Below are positions 1-11,895 of a stretch of 64,000 nucleotides of DNA, in pieces; the first letter of the stretch is position 1; each line of letters opens with the position of its first letter. This stretch comes from the human T2T-CHM13v2.0 reference genome, Homo sapiens, in NCBI RefSeq assembly GCF_009914755.1, contig NC_060944.1. The stretch is one strand, 5' to 3'. The position numbers and the translations under genes are program-made. The notes under the pieces were generated by a model, which worked only from the letters and a program-made list of their open reading frames with translations, had not been told where the DNA came from and ran no database searches.

Positions 1-66
1 AGCCAGACTCTGTCTCAAAAAAAAAAAAAAAAAAAAAAAAAAGAAAGAAGGAAAGAAAAAAGAAAC
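1..66 (+). mobile_element. Alu 3' end with poly(A) tail and GA-rich extension (truncated by window edge)
   Basis: agccagactctgtctc followed by ~26 A matches the Alu terminal consensus GAGCGAGACTCCGTCTCAAAA. Confidence 0.9.
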
Positions 67-394
67 TAGATACCCCAAAATGCCATAATCCAAGAAGGGT
101 TCTGCGCCTTGTAATTTACCTCTGTAAATAGGGCTCTCTCTGTGCCTTTCATCCCCCAATTCAGTCATCTCCTTATTTCTTATTTTGGGGGCAATCTCAG
201 AACTGCCCGTGAAGACAAAAAAAATTGTGAATTTCAGGAGGAGGGTGGAAACCTCGTCCTTTGGGAAAATTGAGCTGCTGAACAAAAAACTCAGCAGGCA
301 AGCCCCTCATAGCTCACAGAGGATAAAGCACAGAATATTTTAAATTTCATCCAGAGAGAACTGACTTTCTGCTCCTTCCATTCAAGAGCTTTTG

Positions 395-870
395 TTTTGC
401 ATTTAAATGACAAGGGAGAGATTGGGGAGAAGCCGGCAGCTTCAGCCTCTGTGAGGAGGGAAGTTGTCGCCCCTCTGAAGTGGCTGCGTTAATGTCATGT
501 CATTACACCGTATTGCTGCACAGGTTAATATAATTGGGTGACGATGTGTGAGCAATGATCCGTGCCATGTTACAGCTCTGAAACAAATGACATTTAACCA
601 GCCAGTCTGTAAGGCTCCTTGTTATCTACATGGTGAGCAATTGAAACGGAGAAGCAGACCTCTCGATGAGCAACTGATGAATTAGTTGTTGGGTTTCCTC
701 GACAGCCTGGATTTATAAGAGCACAATTCTAACATAATTTATTAGATCTATAAACAGACAGATCCAATGTTTTTACTGAGATTACATCTTGTCACCCTCA
801 GATATTGTGTCGCTGACAGCCCTGTTATAATTTATTTTTATTATTCTGATAAGGTGTTGTTTCCAGGGAT
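395..870. promoter_or_regulatory. Candidate conserved non-coding element / enhancer
   Basis: Repeat-free, ~10 retained CpGs, six TGACA/TGTCA TALE-type motifs (408, 493, 498, 588, 790, 814) and several TAAT cores; conservation inferred, not measured. Confidence 0.55.
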
Positions 871-1534
871 TTATTTATTTTTCCCCCTAAAAAGACATTT
901 TCATTTTTAGCTGGAAAGGAATCAGAAACTTTAATGCTAGCAGATCTCCAGTAGCCACCCAGACAGCTTTTCCATACTATGACTGTGAGCTTCTAAAGAG
1001 CAGAGCTGAAGTTTTAGCATGAATTAGTGCATGGCCCTTGGCCTGGGGAATCGCAGGAAGACATAAGGGAGAATCTGTCGGGTGGCATTGGGGCCTGTTT
1101 GAGGATCTTCCTCTTGTTGAAACATCAGCCGGTGATTGATATCCTTCCATAGAGTTTCTCACCTTTGCAGGCTGCCCGCCTCCCTCCACACCTGCCTTTC
1201 AGGCCAGGCAGAGCACAGAAGAGTCTTTCCTGGCTCTGGCCATCACTCACCTGAGCCTGAAGCTAACATGTAGCTTCCTGGACAACAGTCTCCCACAAAG
1301 CTATTCTAAGCCAGCTCCTCCTGACCATGTAAAAAGAGGGGTGCGTGTCTACTCTCAAAGCCCCTCTAGGCAAAGGGTCACAGGTCTGAGTGACCAACAT
1401 CTACCAGTAAAGGACAGTGGCCTTGCCAAGAACTGCAAGGGAGAGGCAATGCTGGAGTTGTATGTCCAGTCCAAAGAACACAGATGGTGAGAAAACACCC
1501 CACTTAGAGGCAATCAGATTAGGGTTGATGTCCC

Positions 1535-1700
1535 TCCAGGTAGCTGTGACTTCAGGCATTCTACTTCTCCTTTATGAGCTATTGCCCATCTGAAACATAG
1601 CAGTGATGACACCTGCCTCATAGTCCTGGTGAGAATAAAATGAGATAATGAACATAGAGTGTTGCTTTATTAGCTAAAGTACTGTGCAAAGGAAGGATAC
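1535..1700 (+). mobile_element. MIR SINE
   Basis: tagctgtgacttcaggc...catctgaaa...acctgcctcatag...gagaataaaatgagataatg matches the MIR core and 3' part. Confidence 0.75.
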
Positions 1701-1799
1701 CTTTATTAGCATTAACATCTCTAAGCTCTAGAGATACATTTTTTTAATCTGGAAGGGATATTTTTAATGTTGTTTTTTATTTTATAATAATGATAATCT

Positions 1800-1975
1800 T
1801 CATATAGCTTTAAATTTTACCAGGTGCTTGCATATGATATAAGATAACAAGATCGTTTTCATCTCCTTATAATTTGGTGAAGATAGGTGACTTCTTTGTC
1901 TCCATTTTATGGATAAAGAAACTAAGGCTCATGGAGGTAACCCAGAGTTAGTCCACTGGTTACAGGATTCTAACT
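1800..1975 (-). mobile_element. MIR SINE
   Basis: tccattttatggataaagaaactaaggctc = reverse MIR core (cccattttacagatgaggaaactgaggctc). Confidence 0.7.
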
Positions 1976-2451
1976 CACAACAGAACAACCCTACATCCAT
2001 TACTTTGTACTTCCAATAAAATCAGGGCTTTCTCTGCTCCAGGTTCAAATGAAGCAGAGCATGGCTCTGGGGACAATCAGAATGAAAGTTTGTCACCAGC
2101 TCTCTGTTCTCGAGAGTTCAGTCACAGCTTGCTCGTAGGAGAAATGATTTGGGTCAATTCACCAAAAGCCTGGGGTACAGGTGCTCTAGGGTTTCAGCTC
2201 CACTGGCTTTCAGGGCCAGCTTCCGTCCCCAAGGCCAGAGGCAATTCTTGGAGTCATTCATAAAGCCCTCCATGTCTCATGGGGAGAAAAGAAATTAATA
2301 TCAGAAGTGGCAGCATCTAAGCGGCAGCTTCATAACAGGCTTGAACCTCGACATCTTGGCTACAACTGGGAACGGCTCAGCCAAGCACGTCATTGACTCC
2401 CAGAGTCCTGAACCCGAGATGTGCATGTGGGCTTGTAGGTCACCCAGTCCA

Positions 2452-2580
2452 GCCCCCTTATTTTATAGATGAGGAGGTTGTATTCCAGCGAGGGGAGAGG
2501 GCTCGCCCAAGGTGACACAGTGGGTAGGGGGCAAAATCAGGGTTGGAACCAGGTCTCGTGGTTCAGGGCTCTTTCCAGCA
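2452..2580 (-). mobile_element. MIR SINE
   Basis: attttatagatgagga...gcccaaggtgacacag...ggaaccaggtct. Confidence 0.75.
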
Positions 2581-3019
2581 TTGGGTTCTGCATCAGGCAT
2601 ACTCTATCATTGGAAGCTTTTATGAGACCCAGTAAAACAGAGGCTCCATCAAAACACCAAATACGCAATGTGCAACCCTGCACAGATCTGTTAAGCCATC
2701 ACTGCAACAGCAGGAGCTCTACCTGGGAGGGAGGCCCATACCCCATCACCATTCACCCCCCTTGGCCTTGAACCTCTTGCCTCAATCCACTGTGAATTTC
2801 AGCCCTCCCTTCCTTTCCCAGCTGCAGCCTGATCTTACTCTTAAGGCTTAATGCTAAGATGTGCTGATTTTCTGGATCTCTTTCTCTGTTCTCATTAAAG
2901 TTTTCCTTCCAGAAAATTCTGCCTCAGGCCACCCTGGTAGTTGTTCTCCAGCCTCATCCGATCCTCAAGACCCTTTCCTAGGAGTGGTATGGGAAGAAAA
3001 CCAAAGCTTTCAAAATACA

Positions 3020-3290
3020 ATGTCAGCTGAAATATTGCATCTTCAGGGAAGGCTTCCCTGACCCCAACCACCTCCACTCAAGACTGGATCCGTTTCTCAC
3101 ATCCTTTGCAAGCAGCTCTTAGTGTTTGTAAGGAGACTTGGGTGTGATTTCTAGATCAGCACGTGTCTCCCCCACTAGAGGGAGCTCTGAGAGGCCAGGG
3201 TGCAGCTGCTTTTGTTTGCTACTGTGTGGCCAGTGCTTGTAGGGTGCCTGCCAGGAGATAGGTGCTCCATAAATATCTACTCAAGGAGGG
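3020..3290 (+). mobile_element. L2 LINE 3' end
   Basis: ttcagggaaggcttccctgacc...tgtctcccccactaga...taggtgctccataaatat matches the L2 3' terminus. Confidence 0.75.
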
Positions 3291-4113
3291 GGATGCAGAT
3301 GAAGCTCGTCTTCACCCACCTCCAAAATGGTGAGCTTTTCCTGGAAAGTGGGGAATTCTGGGGGCCCTTGGAGGGTCCAAAGAGGATGCACCTTTAACTA
3401 AAGGGATGAGTTCATCTTTAAAGGGAGAGTTTGGGCTGAGACACTGAACAAAGTGATAGCACCCTGTCCCCACTTCTCCCGTAGCCCTAAGGATGTTTTA
3501 TGTTGCCCATAGCTGAAAAAGTGCCCCTTGTGGTGGTGGGTGGTGGGCGGGGTGGGGGGGCGGTTAGGTTTACTCAGGATGGAGGTGGCTACAGTAAGAC
3601 GTCACCTCCTCTGTGCTTCCCAAAGTTGCTTCGGCTTCCAGGGTCACCTGCCTAAAACCTGGCAGCCCATCAAGGCAGAGGAGGTACAAGGCAGGAGAGG
3701 TAGGGCAGCCCGGTTCCTGTGGGTCGGCCAGGAACAAGCCCAGCCACCATAAGGAACAGGAAGAGAGGCCCCTGGATGCCCCCAAGAGGCTCCTCTGGAG
3801 CCTGTCTTTGGGTCTAGAGGGAGCAGCCATGAGCCTTGGGACCCAGCACAGGGGCTGTATCTAGGTGCCAGGGGTAGCAGATCAGCAGAAACTTCCAGGA
3901 GTAACCAAAGTTGCATCTGCAGTCACTGCTCTTCAGAAACAGCTGACCAGGGTCCCTGAGGACACAGTTCTCACATTCTGGGCAACAGGGGAAGGGATGG
4001 CCCATGCCTCCAGGACCTAGCAATATCCGCAATAAGGGGCTCCTGGGCAAATTTTGCTGGTGACACAGGCACAATGTCTTTGAGGATGATGCTACAAGGC
4101 CTGCCCTCTAGGA

Positions 4114-4394
4114 CGGCACAGTGCAAAAGAAATAGAATGCAACCTCTGTATGTCATTTTAAATTTTCTGGTGGCCACATTTTCTTACAGTAAAAACAGGT
4201 GAAATTAATGTTAATAATAAATTTTATTTAACCCAATATATCCAAAATATTACTTCAACATGTAATCAATATAAAAATATTGTTGAGATACTTTATTTCT
4301 TTTTTTCAAAATGCAGTGAGTATTTAAAATATACTGACAATATAAGTCAGTTCTGAATAGCTTGGGGATAGTGGCTACTTAATTGGACAGCATG
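4114..4394 (+). mobile_element. MER33 (hAT-Charlie DNA transposon fossil)
   Basis: ttttaaattttctggtggccacatt...aggtgaaattaat...tttaacccaatatatccaaaatatta...agtggctacttaattggacagc. Confidence 0.85.
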
Positions 4395-5879
4395 GCTCTG
4401 GAAGGTCAAGTCAGCCTTCACCTTGACAGTCTCATCTGATAAGTGGGCATATCTCAAAGTTGTCAGGTGTCTGAAGGCTCCAAATGTGACTTGCAGAGCT
4501 ACATGGACAGGTGCAGAAGCAAGGGATTTCATAAGCCAGAGAGTGCTCACTGGACCCCACAATTCCCTCTCAACAAAACCAGGCTTATGCTGCATTCTAG
4601 TGAAACTTTCTCTGGTTGGGGAGACCCTGTGGCACTGGTTTCGTGGCTGCCCTGCAGAAATGCTCTGCTCTGAGCCTGGGAAATGGAGCTGTTTGAAATG
4701 GATCCAGGTTTTCAGCTGCCTGGTCCCTGCACCCCATCTGCCAAGCACCAGGAGCGAGGCAGATGCTAGAAACACATCTGTCAACCTGCCCTGATGGTTT
4801 CTGGCACTTCCCCCAGCCTTTCTGAGACTGTGTCCCCACCCTGGAAGAAGCCAGCACTCTCTGGGTTTTCAGTTACTGGTACCCACTGGAGGGCAAACTG
4901 GGGCATCCCTGGATGTGGCTTCCTCAGAAAGTGGTCCCCCGTTCTCAGGGACTGATAGCTCTGTCTGCTTTGCTGCCTCCCACCCCTCTAACACAGCCCC
5001 TCTCTGAGACAGGAAGTAGGGTGTAAACCCAGCAGTCCCCACAGACACAGTGAGCAGCTCTGGGAAGGTCTGCATGGGCTGCAGTGAAGCAAATCCCAGC
5101 ATGGAGCAGGCCAGTGCCTGCGTGGCAAGCGACCAAACCTGCTTCTACTCCCGCTCTGCCTCTCTCCCCGATAATATGAGTTGTTTTGAGGATGAGACGA
5201 GAATATGTAAACAAAGTTCCTGACAATCAGTACTCAACAACTTCTGGGTAGAACAAGACCGAGAGCTAACAGGGAAAAGAGAGGATGCCTTAACCATGGT
5301 GATGGCAGAGCTAGACTCCAGGTCAGTGTCTGTTGTCCCTCATCTGGGCCATTACAGGTCACCATCACCGGGGGTTCCTGAATGATTTCAACATTACGTA
5401 GTTTAAGAGGGAAAAGTCAGTCCATCTGGTTGTGTATGTATGGGCATATTTTATATGCCTGAAAGTCATGAGTTAGAAAAGCTTAGAGTGTCTGACTCTC
5501 CTCTGTCATGCCAGCTCCCAGGTCATAGCCTGGATCAATGTAGGTGCTCAGTAGACACGGTTAATCAGACAAGAGAAGAAAGGAGTGAGAAAAGCGGGGA
5601 GGGAAGGGAGAAGTCAAGAAAATGTGATGAGGGGTATAAGGGGTAAGCAACAAAGAGACAGACCAGAAGGAAGAGGTGGAAGAGGTGATCCAGGGTCGGA
5701 GCTTCCCGCTGCCCCAGCCCTGCCTCTGCAAATCGAGCTCAGCCCACTTCTCCCAAAAGCATCTCCGTGGCTGGGCGCAGAGGGCTGGGCACCCTGGCTT
5801 GAGCTGGAAAGCCTTTTGCCAACTCCATTTTTCCTCTTAAACCATGAAGGAGTCTAAACGTCAGCTAAATGAGTACCCC

Positions 5880-7020
5880 ATATGTGGAAATATTCATTCT
5901 CACATTGATGTTTTCCTTATAAAAGCACGTTGTTTTATGTGTGGGTGGAGGAACTCATTGTAAACTGTTAAATATGATGTAAATGCTAATTTCTCTGCAA
6001 TGCCCTGTAAAGGAACTCCCTGGGAAGTGTGTCTAGTGGAAGACCATAAAAGAAAATGGTAAAAATAAATTAGGGAGAAACGCGGGTGGTAGCATACGGT
6101 GTCTGTTTTGCCAACACGCAGCCGTGTGTCCCCCCTCCAAGCTCTGGCCCTAACAGGAGAGGATTTGCATAACTGCAGTGACAGATGCCACCACTTCCCC
6201 ACAGCCACCCGGCCTTGACAACTTTTGGGAAACATTCTGCCAGGGTTTGCTTCCAATAAAAACAATTCAAAAAATCACCAAGCATTTCTCTCTTTTGCAA
6301 TTTTTAATAAAATTACGGTTTCTAGAGGTTTGGATTTCAATCCTGAAAAGAAGAGGCACAACTGACATGATGCAAATCTGCCTTTAAAACCAACCTAGGT
6401 TTCAGGTTGCTCACCCAGGCTTGCAGTAATAACCTTTTCTAAAAACCTCCGATGCACTTTGGCCACATTCAAAAGAGAGAACATGGCAGGTGTCTGGCGA
6501 ACACAGGCCTCTTTCTCCATCAGTAGCCTGGCCAGTCTTGGCACTCTGTTAACCAAACCCAGCTCTGGATTTTAACCACAACCCAAATTTTGTCACACAC
6601 AAAAGAATTAGAATTCAGGGTCACACAGCTATTTGTGGAATGAATATTAGTATATTCTTTACAAATGCATGATGTATGAACTGCATATATTTCTTTGATA
6701 AATTGTTTTTAAATATTTCCTCCTTTTTATTAATCAAAGAGGAACCTCGTGTATCACTGCCATTTTTTCCTGTTTTTCACATAAATTATTTTCTTGCAAT
6801 GTTCGTTTGTATTATTATTGCCGATATTAAGCAAAGACTTTTTTTGCCTTGTAAACAAGATTTTGCTTACAGCTAAATGAAAGAAGTGAAGTTAATCACA
6901 TTGAAATAATAGGTTTAAAAAGGTAATTCAGTGGTGTGGGAATGAAGTTTAATCTTCAGCAATAGAAGCCGTGCTAAGAGAAATGGCAGAAAAGCTTGTT
7001 CTGTAATTAAATGGTATTTA
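5880..7020. promoter_or_regulatory. Candidate enhancer (repeat-free, two octamer motifs)
   Basis: No recognisable repeat over ~1.1 kb; ATTTGCAT at 6163-6170 and ATGCAAAT at 6370-6377; TGTAAAC(A) FOX-like motifs; many TAAT. Confidence 0.4.
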
Positions 7021-7299
7021 TCACAGGCAGGTCAGCTCTGCTGGGTGAGAGGCTCCAGGACTTCACAGAGAAGAGGAAGGCAACTAGGGCAGGAAAAAAG
7101 GGCCCAGAGTAGAGCCCGCAGATTCCAAGAGCGGGCTGGGAGGAAGAGCTAGGTGCAGTGACACCTCCTGGGGTCCAGCTGTCTAACCTTGCACATGTGT
7201 ATCTCAGCCCACAGAAATGAGTCTGGCAAAAATGCCAAGTGCATCCTCCACATCCTTCCAGAAGGGACCCGATGTACAGCTTCCCTAGTCAGCATTAAA

Positions 7300-7485
7300 C
7301 CGCACGAGCTTAGAATTTACACAGACCTGGGACCAAATCATACAGCTGGTAGCCCCACTTTCTTCATCTGTAAAATGGAGACAGTAATGCACCAATCTCC
7401 TGGAGTTGTTATGACAACTTGCAACACAAGACGTAATGTGCCATGTACCATGCCTGGCACTGTAGCAATAATCAATGCTAATTAT
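7300..7485 (+). mobile_element. MIR SINE
   Basis: acagacctggg...tttcttcatctgtaaaatggag...atgcctggcac. Confidence 0.75.
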
Positions 7486-10400
7486 AGCCCACTAATTAGG
7501 ATTCAGACCTCAGGCAAAGCTAGTGCAGGTTGAGAATCTCTAGCCCAAAGAGGAAAAAAACTGAGCTTCTCAAGCAGATGTTTCTCAGGCAGCCTTCTGC
7601 AAATGTGGCCAAACTTGTCAGCAAAGCATCAAACCTGGTATAAACTGAGGGCATCAGCCTGCAGCTGAGAAGGCTGTGGGCTGATTTCAAGATGGTTCTC
7701 AAACAGCCCTCTGCAAACATGTTCAACCCTAATAACAGAGCAAGTCAGTGAGTTGAGCCCCATCCCAGATTTCTCTTTCCAGAACTCTGATTTCCTCTGG
7801 GAGCTGGAGGATATGAACCCCAGATGGCTTCGCTGGGCTCAGACCATGCTGTTCATCCATGCCTTCCATCTGAGTTCAAGCCCTGAATCTGCCACTTGCA
7901 AGGGTGTGGTTTTAGATAAGTGAGCATAGAAAGTGACAGTACTGGGTGGAGAGGAGGATGGAGTTAGATAATTCAGGGAGTCTTTCATGCTGCCAAGGCC
8001 AAGCCCTTTCCTCCCACGCTACAGCTCTTTGCTAGCTGCTGCCTCTTTCTTAGAGGCTTTTGGCCCTTTCGCTCACACCCGAGCTCATTGATGAGATCTT
8101 CACGCCACTGTGCTTCAGGAAGACCAAAAGACCCAATGCAGGGATGTCTCACTTTGGGGAGGACCTTCTTGTTTTTAACTCTGGCCTGCCTGTCTATCAG
8201 GGCATTTGCTGGCAGGAAATTCAAGCATCCCTGATCCCCCTTCAATGAACCCCATTTCAGTAGGGCCTGTTTGGCATTCATAGGTCCCTGGGGCTCATAT
8301 GCTGTTGACAGACACCTTAAAATCAACCTAATCCTCAATTGGCCCATGTGCAAAAACATACCAGGGCATTCTTCAACATCAGGGCAGCTGAGCCTGGCAC
8401 CACTCCAGCTTTCATCTCTAAGAAGCTCGAATTTGGGTCCTTTATTAGCTCTCCCATCTTTATTAGTGTCCTGGAGCAGAGTGTCTGCAGCTAAAGTTAT
8501 TGAATTTTCACTAAAACCTCAATACATGCACGACCCTTTTGTACTTTCATGTTCAAAAAGGTACAGACTTCCAACCGCCATCTCCTGCCTCCATCCGTAT
8601 CTTTCCTCATTACAGGCTGCGGTCCAAAACCAATACGAATTAAATAAATAGCCCACTGAGAGCTGCACTTTGGAGAATTGTCTCCTTGCTGTACAGATGT
8701 GTGCTATCTCCAAACAGCACCAACATCTTGTATTTTATCTTATATTTGAAAAAAAAAAAAATTAAAATCCAAATAGTATCCAGGGAGGAAACGTTTGCAT
8801 GGGTGAATGTTTCATTTCATTCTTCTCCCAGCGTGCCCTCCTCTTTCATCCCATAATGGCTCTTCTCGGCTAATCTGTCTTGAAAACCTGCAGGTAGAGA
8901 TGTTTATTGATACAAGGCTGACATGCAACTCAGTTTACAGAGACTATTGAAAGTGCATAAATAGTAGATTTCACTTGATGTCTACTTATTAATGCAATTC
9001 CACTCTGAACATTTCTACAGAAAGAGGTTTTGCCAGATGGGAGATAAGTCTTATGTTATGGATATTCATGCAAGAAAACATTTGGTTTCCATTCTAAATG
9101 TCTGATACAGGCTGTCCCCATAATTGCATTTTTCAGGGCAAGTCACCAAATTCAACATCAATTACTTTGTCTTTTAGCAGTTTAAGGGAAAAAAGTTTGG
9201 GTTTTTTGTTGTTGTTAAAAAAAAATCACTAAAATCTCATAGAAACATTTCAGCCCACCATTTCATATGAACACAACCAATTACTTGTGTAATTTTACAA
9301 GAGCAGCTTTAACCATGGTTCACACAGAATCATCTTGTGCCCTGAAACCACAAATTTGACTTCCCAGCAGCTGGTAACTTTAAATCCTTAACATAATACC
9401 CACAGACATTTGTTCCCTTAGATCCACCCAGGATCCGATGTTGCTGGACAGATAAGCAGAGTGGAGGAACTCACTTTAGGCAGATTGTGGAGAAATATGG
9501 CAGGGGAGTCCATGCACTCTGCAAGGCCTTTATGGTCCATCCATGGAACTGGAATAGGAAATCAATGGCTAAGTCCAGACTGGGGCACTGAATTCTTCCA
9601 CGTAATCATTTTTTCCTTCCTCCAGTCCCCGGCCCCTCCTCTGTTGAAGACTTAACATCGCCTTGCTCATTTAGAGCATAATTGAGACTCCACTTTTATT
9701 TCATCATCCTTCCCCTTTCATTGATCATTGCTAATTTTCTGGCTCAGTGCCATCCGGGGAATGGGTTTCCTAACCCCAGCAGAGGTGCAATTGGAGTCAT
9801 GGAAATAAAAATGGGTTTGTACTTTGTCTCATGAACCAAGTCAGCTGATGTGAGGAGCTGACCAGGGTACTCAGGGATACCTCCTACCCGCCACCCTTCT
9901 ACCTCTGTGCCAGCCCACCCAGACTTAAGAAAATATCTCCCCAGCACCCTGGAGCCTGCCTGGCATCTCAGAGCATGTGACCTCAGCATCTTCTGCCATG
10001 TAGATAAAAACACCAGCACAATAAGGGAATGATTCCTCCCCCACAGGTGCAAAAAAGAGTGGATGGCCAAGTGCAGCTGTACCTCCAAGTAGCCAGATGT
10101 GAAAACAGTACATCTGTCTGCAGTTTCTCTGTTCAAACTGAATCACTGATTCTTCACTCATGCCTGAGAACATGTGCCAAGGAGAGATTTAGAACCACAG
10201 AGTCCCCACCTCCCCTCCTCCAGGCATATCAGGATGGGGGCAGGGAAAATTTATAAGGTGCGTATGTCAGAGCTTTGAACTTAGGCAAGTGTAAACCCAG
10301 AAAAAAGAAGGTAGCCCACCAGAAAGGAGCAGAGGGGAACAGTACCCAACACACTATCCCAACATAATGTCATACCATCCCTGGAGGGGAAAAGAATCAG

Positions 10401-10681
10401 AACTGTGAGAAATGTGATAGAACTGTCAAAATTATATAAAATCAGCTTCATGGATTGTGAACCACAAGTCACACTTCTATTTGTTCTATAACACAGTAAA
10501 GATTGCAACATTTCCATCAAGATATGAAACAGAGGCAATAATAGCACAGAAAAAGACCTATCAATGCGATATTCAAGTTATCTGTACACTCTTACCCATT
10601 TCTTTCATCTGATACCTAGGAAGCCTGCTACCAAAGTTTGAAAATCCAAATCTTGCAAAGTATTTGAAGATTTGGAAGCTG

Positions 10682-10883
10682 TAGTATTGCTGGAGTCAGT
10701 TCATATCAGCTCCCAAGAGCCAACTGTTAACGTTTTCAGGAAATTTGCAAGCTGGTTAACATCATGTTGGTAACTCACAAAGTCGGCCATTATTAGAGTA
10801 TTTACACCAAAGAAATAGGCACATGCTATGAGGACTTTTCTTTTTTCAGAGAGCTGGTTGTTAACCATTTACTAACATCATTG
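10682..10883 (+). mobile_element. MER63A-like (hAT-Blackjack)
   Basis: gctggagtcagttcatatcagctcccaagagcc...ttttcaggaaatttgcaagctgg...gagtatttacacc...cagagagctggttgttaaccattta. Confidence 0.8.
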
Positions 10884-11664
10884 GTTAGAGGGCTCTCCTG
10901 AGATTGGTCAGCATGATAATTAGATTTAGATTTAGCTCCATCAAGTTCTCTTTCAATGCTCTCGAACTGCTTAAGCCCATGGTTTTCTAACTGCCAACAG
11001 CAAGTATCTTGCACTCCCAGAAGTGCCTAAGGATAAATGGGGAAAGAGGACAAGGTGAAGAATGAGTCTTATACACACCCCTGACTTAATAGACCATCTT
11101 GGCTTTGAGCTGTTAGAGTAGGTCTCACTACAAGTTCCCTTTTGTCAAAGGGCTCTGCTGCTCTAAAAGCTTAGTTTAACTGAGATTGCTTCTGTCTGTT
11201 TAACTGAGATGTCTGTCTGTTTGAGTCTTCAGAGAGGGGAGATTTATGCAAGGCCACACAGTGAGGGCAAGGCTGTGGGAGAAGGACTCGGCATCCTGGA
11301 CCCAGCTTCCCCTGGACTCGTTACATGACCTTAGACAAGCCCACTTTTCCTTTTCTCTGGTGTATAGGTGGACTTGGTGATCTCTCTGGGCACTGTTGGC
11401 TGTGAAATTCTGACATTCAACTCTGAGTTCTTGGTCTAAATAGACTCTCGAGGGAGTGTGGATAATTTAAGAAACTGAAAGACAAGAGAGACAGACCAAT
11501 GCTATCTGATTTTTAAGGAGAAAACATGGAGCGATCATCTTGACCCAGACTCCTGAAGTCCCCAGACCTGCTTACTTTCTAGATGATTCACAAGCCCTTG
11601 GGAAAGGAACATCAGGAATCTACTTGGATTCTGCAGGAACAACCCAGCCAGGCCATGAGTTGGG

Positions 11665-11895
11665 ACATCTGAGTCATACAGACCTAGATCCAAGTCCCAG
11701 CTCCTCCACCTACATGCTAAGTGGCAATGGGAAATTTACTTAACCTTTCTGATCTTTTGATTCCTCCTCTGTAAAATGGATCATAATAACACCCACTATC
11801 TAAGACTTTTGCTAAGAATTAAATGAGGTAAGCCACGGAAAGTACTTAGCATCACATTAGTCCAGACTAAACACTCAATAAAGAGCAGCTACTAA
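11665..11895 (+). mobile_element. MIR SINE (near full length)
   Basis: gagtcatacagacctag...cttaacctttctg...ctgtaaaatgg...aattaaatgag...cactcaataaa. Confidence 0.85.
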
